A DNA stretch of 64,000 nucleotides from Oopsacas minuta (taxonomy: Eukaryota; Animalia; Porifera): contig JAKMXF010000309.1 of the NCBI GenBank assembly GCA_024704765.1, forward strand, positions 349,887-413,886, given 5' to 3'. The first letter of the stretch is position 1, and each line of letters opens with the position of its first letter. Made by a program: the position numbers and the translations under genes. Below the pieces are notes generated by a model that saw only the letters and a list, made by a program, of their open reading frames with translations, made no database searches and was not told the DNA's origin. Positions 1 through 12,500 of this stretch are shown here, piece by piece.

Positions 1-257
1 TACTATTTCAAGGAAAGTACTGTAATACAGTTCTCCTATTTCCCACTCAAATTTTGGCCACATAATACAATAATAAACTAAAAGTAAATAATTGCAATTG
101 GAACCAAAATGTCCCTGCAAACACAGACAACCACAATTTGAGTGGTTAAACTTTTAAACTTTCAAACTTTCAATATGATTTTCTATATAAGTGGAGTGAA
201 TAAGTTTTTTGAAAAGTTCCAATTCACTTTAAATCTATTCAAAATTTGTTCTTGATG

Positions 258-597
258 AATGAAAGAAATCTGTTTGATCAATTTCCAAATCCTTGTCAAT
301 TCAAAAATAATAATTGGCCGAAATGTAGTGCAGAGCCGGACATACGAATCAAATGCGAGGATGGAAATTACAATAAGTTGTATAAAAATTTATATTCTTA
401 TTCGCCCTCCTACCAGGAACAACCCAGCTACTTTGATTCAGACAGGAAGCCTCAAATTAATAAGAATGTACATTTATCATGTAATATTCCAGGAGGGCAA
501 CATCAAATGGATCAAACTAATTTCTATTACGGCGCCGGAGGTAACCATCAGGTTCCCGGGAGTGAAGATTCAATCAACTATGATACAAGTTCCAACG
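258..597 (+). CDS. Putative alternative first coding exon of the downstream bZIP gene
   Basis: ORF 246..683 contains a strong donor G|GTAAGT at 597/598 (phase 1). A phase-1 acceptor (CTAAT 1413-1417, pyrimidine tract, CAG ending 1439) in the bZIP ORF joins in frame. Confidence 0.55.
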
Positions 598-821
598 GTA
601 AGTTCCATTATTTAATATTTGGTGGTTCACTTTCTATTTTAGTCATGTTTTTATTCATGACTAAAATAGAATTTAAAATATAAATTTTTTGAAGTTATTG
701 CCGCCTAAAATTTTATTTCTAACCATAAATTGATTTTTTTATACTTTATATGAACAAAAATTATACTACGGGTTTTTACAAAATATTCGAACACCATTTG
801 GAATGATAAATTTGGATTTCA

Positions 822-961
822 CAGTGGTGGATCAAGGATTATTCAAAGGTGAGGGGTTAAGCTTGATCGTTGCGAGCACTTTACGTGTGTCTGGGTATTA
901 ATTGCTAAATACATTTCCACGTAATAATAATAGGTGGCTTCAGTCCATCGATCCGCCCCTG
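822..961. mobile_element. Small hAT-like MITE
   Basis: Imperfect terminal inverted repeats CAGTGGTGGATC...GATCCGCCCCTG; no clear TSD. A related right-end fragment ends near 49171. Confidence 0.45.
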
Positions 962-1266
962 CCTTCATAAGGCACACCCACTTAATTGACACTTCCCTTA
1001 TGGATCTGAAGTATGCCCAGCTCATAGAGATAATACAAAATATGTCGCACAATTTACCGACTACAAAAACGCCAATTAAGGCGTTTTGATCTTTTTATGC
1101 AACTAACTTTATGCAAATACGAAAATCAAATCTAAGTAATAATTCCTTTCGTCTATAAAATATCCAAGCAAAAATAAATAATATTCAACGTGCAAACAGG
1201 TTTACGCAATAGAACTGAAACATCTGAGTGTAGAATTGCTAATTAGCTTACCTCGCACTCCCAAAG

Positions 1267-1274
1267 TATAAATA
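1267..1274 (+). promoter_or_regulatory. TATA box of the bZIP gene
   Basis: TATAAATA 43 bp upstream of ATG 1310. Confidence 0.4.
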
Positions 1275-1309
1275 ATATTTTTCATTAATTCCTTACATTC
1301 CTCGCAAAA

Positions 1310-2074
1310 ATGTTTCAATCCAACACGAACCCTTTTTACTCACCGAGATCGAATTCCCCTGACGATTATAATCAGGAGGTAAACACGGACGATGGTTACA
1401 ATTCTTCCCCTTCTAATTGCCAATATTTTTCCCATTCAGAATTCTACGCTGAGATGCCAAAACACAATCTGCCTCATGTAATTCACTCTGATGAGATGTA
1501 TCAAGGAGCTTTCCCACCGACGTCACATTCTCAAATACTTCCCATACCCATAAGCGAGGGGTCTACGTCCTCTCTGCCTGTCTCTCTCACGCCGTTCACT
1601 CTCTCTAATGGATCCGCACCTACCTCCCCATCGGTTGGGTACGAGCATGAACAATCACATTTCATTCAAACCAGTACAAGTGGGGGGTTTCCAGATCCGA
1701 TGATGTCGCCGTATCCAGCTGATGCTTACCAGCAGTTTTCCTATGATGGAGCGATGCAAGGGGCAAATAATAGAGTAGGAAAGGATCTAAAGTATTGCGA
1801 GAGAAGACGCAAAAATAATGAAGCCAGCAAGAAATCACGCGCCAAGAAAAAGGAGAAAGCAAGGGAAATGGAAAGCCGAGCACACGTTCTTGAGCAGGAA
1901 AACAGACACCTTCGTCAGAAATACTCTGAATTAGAGCAAGAAGTTGCGGTCTACAAACAACTAACTGAAAAGATTACTAATTGTGAATCGCAAGAGTGCA
2001 ATACACCCGCCTACCTTGCTCTACAACAATTAAGAGGGGATCAAGCTCGAACCAACACACAATTCCCCGAATAA
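1310..2074 (+). CDS. PAR/NFIL3(E4BP4)-type bZIP transcription factor
   Basis: DLKYCERRRKNNEASKKSRAKKK basic region followed by a Leu heptad zipper; S/P-rich N-terminus. Confidence 0.85.
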   Translation: MFQSNTNPFYSPRSNSPDDYNQEVNTDDGYNSSPSNCQYFSHSEFYAEMPKHNLPHVIHSDEMYQGAFPPTSHSQILPIPISEGSTSSLPVSLTPFTLSNGSAPTSPSVGYEHEQSHFIQTSTSGGFPDPMMSPYPADAYQQFSYDGAMQGANNRVGKDLKYCERRRKNNEASKKSRAKKKEKAREMESRAHVLEQENRHLRQKYSELEQEVAVYKQLTEKITNCESQECNTPAYLALQQLRGDQARTNTQFPE

Positions 2075-3192
2075 AGGCAAACAACACAACAACATACAGA
2101 TAAATTCCTTTCACTGCTTTATTTTAACTGCGTTCACTTTGTTGCTAAGAAAGCTAGCTATCTTACGTTTTTATGCTTACTACATCAAACTTAAAGAGTT
2201 TCACACTTATCCCATGTGTCACTATCTTTGTTTTGCTATTAATTATTAGGATTTTTACTGTTTTATTTAGCATTGCATTGTGTGATTATACTAAGAGATA
2301 TTGATTAGTTATGAATCGAATTCTGAGTTTAAAAGGGGAACGATTTCTCATCGGTATTTATTACATCATATTTTTAAAACTTGGTGATATAACAGCGTTT
2401 GCAAGTAGGATCAATCATAATGTGATGGGATTGGTATTTGAAATAAAATAGCCAATTACAAACGAATTAAAATTGAATAAATCATAGAATTCGAATTCAC
2501 ATAAATAGAAAATGTAATTGAGAAATACAGAAAATATTCATTCGGAGGTTGTTATACTTTTTTAGATAAAATGTAGTTAAATAATTCTGTGAATAGTTTG
2601 TTGTAGAAGTTAATGCGTTTTCTTTGATTAAATTCTGGGAAAGATAGGTTGTTACACCTGTAAATAGTATTTCTATTCTCTCGTGAGAAGATTCAAAATA
2701 CTATTTTACATGTGATAATATGTTTAGTCAATTTTGCTTCCTTTCTCTTTTTAATTAGTTATTTCCTGGATGATAATTTTTAAAATGCTAATTATCATTC
2801 TTCGTAGACTATTTAAATGTTAATTTTTCTTAGAAAGCAAATTTTGTTATTATTGGAAAAATACTTTAATTCGCATAAATATTGATTATACTAACGGATG
2901 TTTGGGTTAGCGATTTTACGAACTTGTTATAATTATATGCGGACGTTTTTGAATTTCAAAACTGAATTAATATCGTCCCTCCTTGTATGATTAAATATCT
3001 TACTAGCCTAATAACATTACTGCAAAGTAGACATATATTTGTTCGAATTATTATGTCATTTTGAAAGTTCGATACTTCATATGTATATTGACCAAACAAT
3101 ATATTTTACTTTCATCTCCATAAATTAAAAGAACAGACAGCTAAAAATGTCTAAATGCGAAAAATATACATATATTCTGATGATTACACATA

Positions 3193-4212
3193 CTAACTTG
3201 TTCCACCAAACCATATTCCAGTTACAGGACAAATATTTTTATTTTTCATACATTTCATATGAATAATTACTTCATTTGGATAGCGTACAAATGCTGAGTC
3301 GCCTATCTCTTGCTTACACAACTGACATTCTTTATTCTCAGTAATGAAGGTTCGTTTGCAATCTTCATTGATAATTTGGTTCTTTGCCCGTATGTGTTCC
3401 CATTTAGCGAGGCTATGTTCGATAGCAGTTGTTCTGTAATAATGGTTATGCTTGCGTAGGCTTCGTTGTAGAAATAAACCTAGTTTCTTTACGCTCCATT
3501 CGTCAGGTAAGAGTTGTAATGCCTATAGAAATGTATTGTATAGTCAACTCCTGTTAGATCGAAATAACTGTGTTGCCAGATGATGAAAAAGTCCATAGAT
3601 TTAGCCTTGGCATGAACTTTTGAGGGCACACATCTGGCAACACTGCAAAATACCCACTTATTTCGAAGTCTGAAATATGGCCAAATCGTCAAACTATAAT
3701 ACTACAGCCATTAATTGATTATCGGTAATGTTGATAATCTTCTTTAATTAGAATGATATTGTAAAATTAGGGTTTAATTAACTACGATATATTGCTAACC
3801 GTTCTGGGATTAATGTCTACGTTTGGGTTGTTAAGCAAGAGAAGAGCTTCTTCGAATAGAGGCTTGGATCCGTCTATCGGTTCTAGATAAACTTTAAGAA
3901 GTTTTCCATATATGTCCTGACGGATGTTTCTGCTCTTGCCTAGACAATTATAGTATAGTTATTATCACTATTATTACAAGCACTAATTAATATTACTTCA
4001 CTATAAGCAACTAAAACTAATATTAGTAACTACGTCATTCGATTACTGAACTCTGTGCACCTAGATTAAATACTTGGAAATTCTATGCTTATTCCAGCAT
4101 GTGTACACCTGCAGCATAAATAATGAAAAAGTTGATATCATATTTTCTGAAAATTAGTGCAGGTGCATTTGAAAAATACGAATCATATTTAATTGTTTCA
4201 TAAATAGTGAAT

Positions 4213-4302
<90 letters not shown>

Positions 4303-7300
4303 CTTTAGAATGATCTATACAGTATTCTAAAGCTTTTCCATTAATATCTCCAAATTTGTAAACCAATATTTCCAAAGCTTTCTCATGCTGCCCCATACGA
4401 CCGTAGAGAATTGACATTTCTGGGTAGAAATCAGTTTGAGTTAATTCTGACTGTACAGGCAAAGGGTCATAGTATTTAGAGAAAATTAGAAATTCATTGA
4501 ATTCTCGACGGCTTTTATCTATCACCGTTTCACTTGGTTTTCGTTGCTTTTTTGACGTCAATAAGTCTTTGAGTAGGAGTAAGGCATAGTCAGTGTGAAG
4601 TTTCGCTTCTGTGACATTTCTTTCTGACACTATATGACTGTAGTACAATTTATTAGTGATGTAATTAACATTTAGGCGAAAAATTTAAAATAACAATCTG
4701 TGTCGACAGCGTAATTGAAAATATTTAAAGACGCACTATAAAAATGTAAATTTAACCGCAATTCACATAGTTGCTCAAATTTCAATTCATATGCCAAGGC
4801 CTAACCCATTTGGAATAAGTATACTACAATTTGAATATGATAACTACCGTATGCACTATAATTAAGTGTTAGAATACTTATTCTTAAAGTATAATCACTA
4901 AACAGAGGCTTAATAAAATAATTTAATAAGTTGAATGGAGTTCAAAAGGGTAGTTCTGTAGTTGACTATTTAGAGTTCATTTTTAGACGTTCATACAAAG
5001 GCAAAGCCAGTTCGAATGAGCAATTATTTGCACTCTCCAATAAGAGTGAATTTTCGCATTTATCATCTGTGATATTTTCCTGAATTAATATATCTGAATC
5101 GTTCATTGTTAAACTGGTAGAGAACTTTTCTTGTAGAAAGATATCGTATTCGTCTGTAATGAATAGAGATTGTTTAGTTTTGCGAATTTCTGGAGTATCT
5201 TGAACGAATATTATTGATGAGTCGTTGAATTCTAAATGGGAATTATTAGTGAATTCATCCTTATAGCGTGAAAAGCCGCAGAGAGGGAGTTCAGGTGATT
5301 TATCAGGTGGTGAGTGAAGTTCATATGTGTCGAGCTCGTTGCATGGTACATCGTCAATGTGTGAAATTTCGAGATTTTCTTCTGTAAGGGAAATTGGAAT
5401 TTCATCACTCTCTTCTACTGGTTTACTATTTGCACATTTAGCTCGCTTTTTCGTTTTCCGCGGCTTTTTACGCTGTTCAAACTCCTCAACAATACCAGGG
5501 AATACAGAATTAATTATAACAGACGGCTCAATAGTAGTGAATAGTGATTCATTGTGAATTTCACCAAGAATATAACCACTGCCTTTCCATTCTACTTCAT
5601 AATACAAATCATTTTGCCGTTTACGATTTTTAACAATGCGATTAGGAGACAGGTCGAGGAGGCTTGGTTTCGATGGGTGTGATTTTAAGTGGCTTATGAA
5701 CCATCCTGTTACCATACATCGCGACTTTTCACATGTATATCCTACTGGCCAATCTAGATTGTATTCTAAGAATACTTCTAGTTTTTTAATATCTGGACAC
5801 GACCAGATGTGAAAGAAGTTATTTATTTCATCTTTAGTTTGCAGAAATTCTCCTTTTATACTCTCAAAGGAAAATTGTTCAGCTGCTAATAGTTTTTCAT
5901 TTACACTTCTCTCGTACGGAAATTCACACTTACTCGAATCAAATCCATTCGCTACCCACGCTTCCATACGATCTAGGAGCGTGACATCTGTCTTCAACTT
6001 TTGACATAATTTTAAGCAACTAGCTTTCCCTATAGTAGCTACACCAGTATAGAAATCACAGCCTAATAGAACTCCCATTGCAATCATATCTTCACGACCA
6101 ATTTTTAAAACTTTGCTAATTTTCTCCATCGAATACATGTTGATATCAGGATCTCCAATGTTTAGACCTCTCAGGACAACCGTAGCGCCGTAAAGGAATG
6201 CATCACTATCTTCTGTTAACACCGCATCTACATACTTTTCTCGGTTCATAAGAGCACACAGGGCCTCAGCCTCGCCTACAGCTTGTACATATGGTATACC
6301 CAAATACTCTAACAACTCCATACACTCATTGGTATGCACTCTTAAGAGCGATCTACGTACTCCTGTGGTTTCTTCTTTCTTGTTGCGACTACGGGGGAGC
6401 TTCGCGGCAGCACGACCATAACGCTTATTGAGAGCTGATTTTTTCAGGGAGGGAGCATCTCCGTCGCAGACAAACACTAGCTTAATGCCTAATCGTGTCA
6501 AATGGATACAGCGGAAAAACAGGTTACGGAGATGGGGCTTTGGAATGTTGGGACGTTTGAATGCTTGGATTGATTCTACAATCCATGAACTGAGGTCTAT
6601 TGCTATTGTCTGTCCTTTGAGTGAGCTGAGGGATACCTTGTCGCCTGCTGGGGCTAGTAATTGCCATAATTGGTGAACTCCCATTTACACGAAATTTCAA
6701 GGTTTTTTTTTGGGTAATAATTTAGAAACGACGATTTTAATAATTTTATGGTTAGACAAGAATTGTTAGAAAATTGACTCACCTCAAATATGCCTTTTTC
6801 GCGAACGGATAATCATTCAGTAGTTTTAAAATATTTTCAAAACTAATTATCTCAGATTGAATTTCGTCTGAAGGTCTCTTCGTGAATATACAAACACCCT
6901 TTTGTTCATCTCGATCTAAGGCCCATTTTGCATATTTCATCACTAGCTCATGGTAACCAAGGTTACTCAAATATTCCATCAAGAAGCCGAACCCTAAGAT
7001 TATATTTATTTATATATCATATACAATGAAACTTCTACAAACTGGGGAACGGGGTAGCATTTTTCCGCGTTTGTGGAGGTTACACTCGATATTTAGCTGT
7101 CCCATTGTACCTGGAAAAGTTGCATCTTGTGTATGCCCGTTTTCAATTTTAATCCACGTTTCAATAGCTTTCTCTATTTCTCTATTGAATGAGTAGAATA
7201 TACCCAGGGCATAGAAACAACACTCCTCTGTTAATATAGTTACGCCTGCTCCATAGTTTATTGTCGTTCTAGTTTCTATCAACGGGATAAGGTCTTTGGA

Positions 7301-9423
7301 ATGTAACTGGGCGAGTAGGCCTAACATTGCAGTGTCAATCTCCTCCTATAAATACGAAAATAAACAGTTTTGTGGAGGCTTAATTCCCGTGTTCCACCAT
7401 AGTTACGCCCCAGGCTGTAAGGAATTTACCTTTAGGTTAGAAGCAACTGATTCAGTACGAACTGTATCTAGATATGTAATAAGGAAATTCTTAAAATTTA
7501 TTATCTTCTCCGGGTCAGTTTCTTGATTCATTCTCTCTCTAACTATCTCACAATCTTTGTGTACCATTTCATAGTTAGATCCCTCCAGCAGGAGGCGAGG
7601 TATAAGAGAGATTAATTCTCTAGGATCCATCTGCCCGTCAAGTATCTGTTGACATGCTGACTGGTAATCTCCTGTCTGTAAGTATAACAGACCAACTCGT
7701 TGCTTAACCCTAAAGGGATTACATTTGTGTAGAAAATAATAGAACAATGGATTAGTATACAAATATATTATCACGATTATTTTTATCCATTACTTGACAA
7801 GATAACTATCTGCAGTAGCCTGTGTGCTTCTAGACTTAAGAAATGCATGTTCTACTTTAGCTAATTGCAATGCTTCATCTATCTGACGGCTGTCTAACAG
7901 ATATTCAACTTGATATTGTAACCCTATAATCCAATAAATATATAAAATAATTCCTCTATATAAATACAGCTATATTATACCTGTAGATTTAAGACAAAAT
8001 ACAGCCTTCTCAGAAGCCAGTAACAAACGTATTTCATCTCCCCTCCTACTGGTACATATAGCTCGGTGATCTTTGAATTTAAAGTCCTGCTTTTCCTGCT
8101 GGTTTAGCATACTGTATACAGATACTTGACTTGAATTAGCAGACACCAGATAAGGGAATATGAATATAGAGCTTTTGACATTTCTCTCCCATAGGATAGG
8201 CACATGCTTAGACTCTCCTAATGGATTACACAACCTGGTTACGATACTGACAGCTAGGAATGCAAAGGGAGATGCGTTGACAAACCTACAGTGCTTGTAA
8301 ACTGACAAAGTCCTACATTGAAGAAGAAATTTCCATTCCTGGCTCGTTTTACGAAAGGATAAGAAACTTCCTTAGGAATAGCACATAACTCCTGGATATG
8401 AGCTGGATTAGGTAGTGTCTGTATTAGTGAGTATCTTCCTACAACAATACAACCATGGATACATCCTTATGCATGGTATTATATGATCCTTATATAATTC
8501 CTTATATGGTATTATATGATCCTTATATAATTCCTTATATGGTATTATATGATCCTTATACAATTCCATATATGATATTATATGGGCCTTATAATATTCC
8601 TTATATGGTATTATATTGTCCTTATACAATTCCTTATATGGACATGACCTTATACGCTCCTTACCTGACTTCATATCAGGAGAAACAAGAGCAGCACATA
8701 TCGTAGTTGCGTCTAATGCAATACTCTGAGGATTCTCGTTATTAAGAGCTATATCCCTAGTGTTCTGTAGCTGATCAGGATGTAGAGAAAAGCTATACAG
8801 AGATATACAGTTCTTATGACCAATACATATCTCTAAAGGAGTCTGATAGCTCTGTTCATTTATACAGAATGATAATACGTTCTTTATCAAAGGATGACCT
8901 GTTATATAAGCAATTAAGTATACAGTTATATGTGTATACATTTATTCCTAACCTAAATCTCTCAATTCTAGATTTTGAGAGTGCACTACTAACAAATGGG
9001 ATTCTATAACCACAAACGCCCTGTTAATCTGTGGGGACACTTTAATATGAGTAACGTGACCCCTACCGCTTGCACCCTTCTGTTTAGGCTGTTGTATATC
9101 GAAGTAATTCTTATGTAATAGTTGAACTTTGAACTGACGATTATCTCCTTGATTCCCTACATGATCAAGTAATGATTTTGTTGTCGTACGTCCCTTCAAG
9201 TCCTCTAATAATATAAAGAATTATCCATGGTCAGTAAGTGATAATTATATAAGAACTTACCAATTTTGTAAAGTAATAGCATTCCTTCATTAGTACCGAT
9301 ATACAGCTGATTATCAAATGCATCCATTGAGTCTATTGATAGTGTTACACGGTCTGGTGGTAGGTCACTGTGATCCAATACCAGGAAATGCTCGAATACT
9401 TCTAATTTATTCTTTATCGCCAT
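3193..9423 (-). CDS. TGFBRAP1: TGFBRAP1/VPS39-family CORVET/HOPS subunit, multi-exon (CNH domain, clathrin repeat, C-terminal Zn finger)
   Basis: Exon ORFs 9205-9423 (LYIGTNEGMLLLY), 8948-9199, 7970-8308, 7403-7774, 7010-7327, 6783-6982, 4303-4637 (LYGRMGQHEKALEILV..ALEYC). Manually translated ~3790-3950 and last exon 3193-3522 (LLPDEWS...CQLCKQEIGDSAFVRYPNEVIIHMKC...CP*). TGFBRAP1 versus VPS39 was not tested. Confidence 0.85.
3541..3710. mobile_element. Decayed family-B MITE with a nested hAT-like MITE (3568..3645)
   Basis: Family-B left end TAGTCAACTCCTGTTAGATCGAA is interrupted by an element with TIR CTGTGTTGCCAGATG/CATCTGGCAACACTG, flanked by CGAAATAA/CAAAATAC (6/8 match). B-type internal sequence resumes afterwards. 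A second copy of the inner TIR lies near 35395. Confidence 0.55.
4214..4301. repeat. (TAA)n microsatellite at the start of a TGFBRAP1 intron
   Basis: Near-perfect TAA/AAT array directly after the minus-strand donor AAG|GT; explains the poly-Tyr in the ORF track. Confidence 0.95.
4966..6684 (-). CDS. GEN1: GEN1 Holliday junction resolvase (XPG/Rad2 family), intronless, nested in a TGFBRAP1 intron
   Basis: MGVHQLW...IAIDLSSW...LVFVCDG, GEAEALCA, TEDSDAFLYGA, LLGCDFY motifs and a chromodomain-like segment (RKRQNDLYYEVEWKG). Confidence 0.9.
   Translation of the reverse strand: MGVHQLWQLLAPAGDKVSLSSLKGQTIAIDLSSWIVESIQAFKRPNIPKPHLRNLFFRCIHLTRLGIKLVFVCDGDAPSLKKSALNKRYGRAAAKLPRSRNKKEETTGVRRSLLRVHTNECMELLEYLGIPYVQAVGEAEALCALMNREKYVDAVLTEDSDAFLYGATVVLRGLNIGDPDINMYSMEKISKVLKIGREDMIAMGVLLGCDFYTGVATIGKASCLKLCQKLKTDVTLLDRMEAWVANGFDSSKCEFPYERSVNEKLLAAEQFSFESIKGEFLQTKDEINNFFHIWSCPDIKKLEVFLEYNLDWPVGYTCEKSRCMVTGWFISHLKSHPSKPSLLDLSPNRIVKNRKRQNDLYYEVEWKGSGYILGEIHNESLFTTIEPSVIINSVFPGIVEEFEQRKKPRKTKKRAKCANSKPVEESDEIPISLTEENLEISHIDDVPCNELDTYELHSPPDKSPELPLCGFSRYKDEFTNNSHLEFNDSSIIFVQDTPEIRKTKQSLFITDEYDIFLQEKFSTSLTMNDSDILIQENITDDKCENSLLLESANNCSFELALPLYERLKMNSK
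8465..8645. repeat. 33-bp minisatellite, about 5 copies, intronic
   Basis: Unit CCTTATATGGTATTATATGATCCTTATATAATT; produces spurious periodic ORFs on both strands. Confidence 0.9.
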
Positions 9424-9574
9424 CTCTATAATACTTCTAATTCCAAAATTATATATTTATTGTTTGCATATAGACAGAAGAAATTATACATATTAAATAA
9501 CATAAGGCAACCATGGATGCTATATTTGTACTTTTCTCTTACAAATATTTCTATTGCATAATTAGTATCGTAAT

Positions 9575-12500
9575 ATGTCAGGGAGCTTGACAGCTTGTCT
9601 AGAAAGACTACAAAGAAATGGAGAGGGAGATAATAGTGATAAGGGAGATGATAGTGATGATGATGACGTATCATCTTCTAGCTCTGAAGCTACACAAGAT
9701 AATGAACTAGTTAGACGGATAGATGTACTGGAGAGAGAATTGGCTGTTAATCCTATGCAATATGATAAGCACTTGCAATTACTGAAATTATTGAGAGGTA
9801 AAAGGAACAGAAATTTGCAAATATTTCCATGTTATATATATATTTAACTTTTACTTGTATACGGATTAGGTTCACCAGATTTAGATAGACTTAGAGATGC
9901 CAGAGAGAGAATGCAATCTCAATATCCACTCTCAGTGAAACTATGGACTGATTGGCTAAAAGATGAAATTCCAATTGCTCAGATCAGTAGAGAAGCATTC
10001 TCTTACGTCATCAACTTATTTGATAAAGCTGTATCTGATTATCAATCTGTACAGGCTAGTTATATGAATACTAAGTGCATATGAACTAATATATGTACAG
10101 TCAATTCCCGTAATATCGAAGTCTAAAATTGTACAAATATGATCCCAAACTGTCAAAGTAACATATATATCATCGGTTATATGAAAGGTCCCTTGAGCTT
10201 CTATATTACGGGAGTTAACTGTATGTATTATTCAGTTATTTCTTCATAGATATGGCAGCTATACGCAGAGTTTTCAGCATCACAGATGCATCAGTGGGGA
10301 GAGAATGGTACCAGCATGCTTAGACAGGTGTATGAGAGAGCTATAGAGGAGGTAGGGGTACACTTCGGGGAAGGTGACAAGATATGGGAGTTGTATATTG
10401 CAATGGAGACCATGGTGTTTATGGGACTACAGGAATTACAACAAACAGATGGTGAAGATAAACAGGAGGAAATTAGAGAACAGGTATGGTACAATGGGAA
10501 CCATGGATGTATTTAATGTTATAATACTATTAGATATAACATTACATAGAGCTACACTACCTGTCTGTTGGCTGTACATTTTATCAGATATGTATTGTTA
10601 GGTGAGAGTACAGTATGATCATATTAGCAAGCTATACAGAATGAGATTATCTATTCCTATGATTCCTCATAACATCACTATTATACAAGCTAGAGAATGG
10701 GATACTGATGCTGTACCGGATGCTGATACACTCAGGAAGTAAACAAATAAATAAATCAGCGGTTCCTAACCATTTCACCCATAGACCCCTATACGCATTT
10801 TAACACATTCTGTAGACCCCTGCTATCGTCCATGGACGTTAGGTTGGGAGCCGCTGAAACAAACAATTATAGCATCTTATTTCCTAGAGTAGAAGATATG
10901 TATCAAACACTACTACCCCATGAAACAACACTAAACTGTACTAACAATAGAAATACTATAGAATTGTACAGAGCGTATATGCTAGCAGAACAGAGCATAG
11001 GAGCTGATACAGATAGAATAGTGTGTATGTACGAGAGATGTCTAGCTGCCCACCCACTAAATGAAGGGGTGTGGATAGAGTATATGAGGTATTGTGATAA
11101 ACAGGTGGTGAAAACCGCGAAATTAGAGAGTGTACATTTCCGTGCGATAAGGAACGTGCCTTGGTCTAGAGAGTGTTGGATAGGATATATGCGACATAGA
11201 GAGAAGTCTGGTAGTGCTGTAGAGGAGATAATGACTTCTGTAGTACAGATTAACTTCCCTAATGTAAGTAAATTGTACTCCTATATGCTTATTAGCTAAT
11301 TAACCATGGATGGTGGATTTCGTATATCTGCTTGGATGTTGATCTGAGGTCATTTTGAGAAACTCCTCGCTTGGTTGCTGAGGGATTTGTTTATAACTTA
11401 AATATAGGAAATCCACCATCCATGGTTAGATACCGAAAGAAATGCTCGGAGTTTGTATTAAAACAATCTCCCTCTATTAGTGTACAGATCTCTTAGAAAT
11501 TATCATAGAGTACATCAGCTATCTACTACGTAACAATACTAATAACAATGACGTCATATCTCATATAGCGAAGTACAGTGATCTATTACAGGAGAGACAA
11601 GGTATAGAAGGTGATTCTAAAGATAAATTGAAACAGATGATGCTAGAGTTAATTGTAAGGAATGGTGACGTCAATGAAGCTAGGAAACAATGGGAAGATG
11701 TAATATTACGTCATCAGGATGAGGTGTGTGATAGTAAATATAAATAAGCAAATAATTGTTATATTTTGCTGTTTTAGGTTTGGTTTTGGTTCAAGTATGC
11801 AGATTTTGAACGTCACCATGGCGACGTAGAACTAGAAAGGAATGTGCTACTAAGAGGTGTGGCTAATTCCAAACGTCCCAAAGAGCTCTGCGATAGGTTG
11901 TTAGAGTTTGAGAGGTTAAATGGTACATTGAATCAGGTTATAACTGCTGAAGAGAAATGTGTTATAAGAGAGAGTAAGGTATATATACATGCATAACAAC
12001 TCCTTTGAATAATTTCACGTTATAAACTTAAGGAAGTATAACATAACTTAGGTTTGTTAATTAGAATATTTTCATATTTATAGGTGACAGAATTCGCAGA
12101 ATCTTCTGAGGGATTATTCCAGTCACGACAGGTGTTAAGAGCAGCGAGGAAACGCGTAAAGAGAGGAGCAGAGCTGGTGAGTAGAGTTGATATGAATAAG
12201 AAGGGAATAAAGGGTAAGAAAATTATCAAAGAGAGAACTAGAAAAGTGATAAAAATCGCGGAATCAAGTGGAAGTGAAGATGGCGTCAAAAGTAAACAAG
12301 TCAGGAAATCTTCATATTAATTGTATATTGTATTAATTTATATCTATAACAACACTCCAACAGGTAAGAGATGTAACTATGGAAACTCCAAAAAAGGAAC
12401 AAGCCTTACCCCCGGTACAAGAGTCCAGTAGCGTTATGGATACGTCACAAGACCCTGTACCGCCTCAGGACCAATCCAACACTGTATTTATATCTAACCT

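Noticed and set aside
4154-4301. Poly-tyrosine tract in the ORF track
   Set aside because: Read-through of an intronic (TAA)n microsatellite past the AAG|GT donor.
8408-8941. Repetitive proteins 8408-8941 (-) and 8455-8706 (+)
   Set aside because: Translations of the 33-bp minisatellite; only ~8665-8900 is a real TGFBRAP1 exon.
11300-11428. piggyBac assignment for MITE family A (TTAA|CC...GG|TTAA)
   Set aside because: The inverted repeat continues about 25 bp beyond TTAA (CCCCTATATGCTTATTAG) in several copies, so TTAA is internal rather than a TSD.
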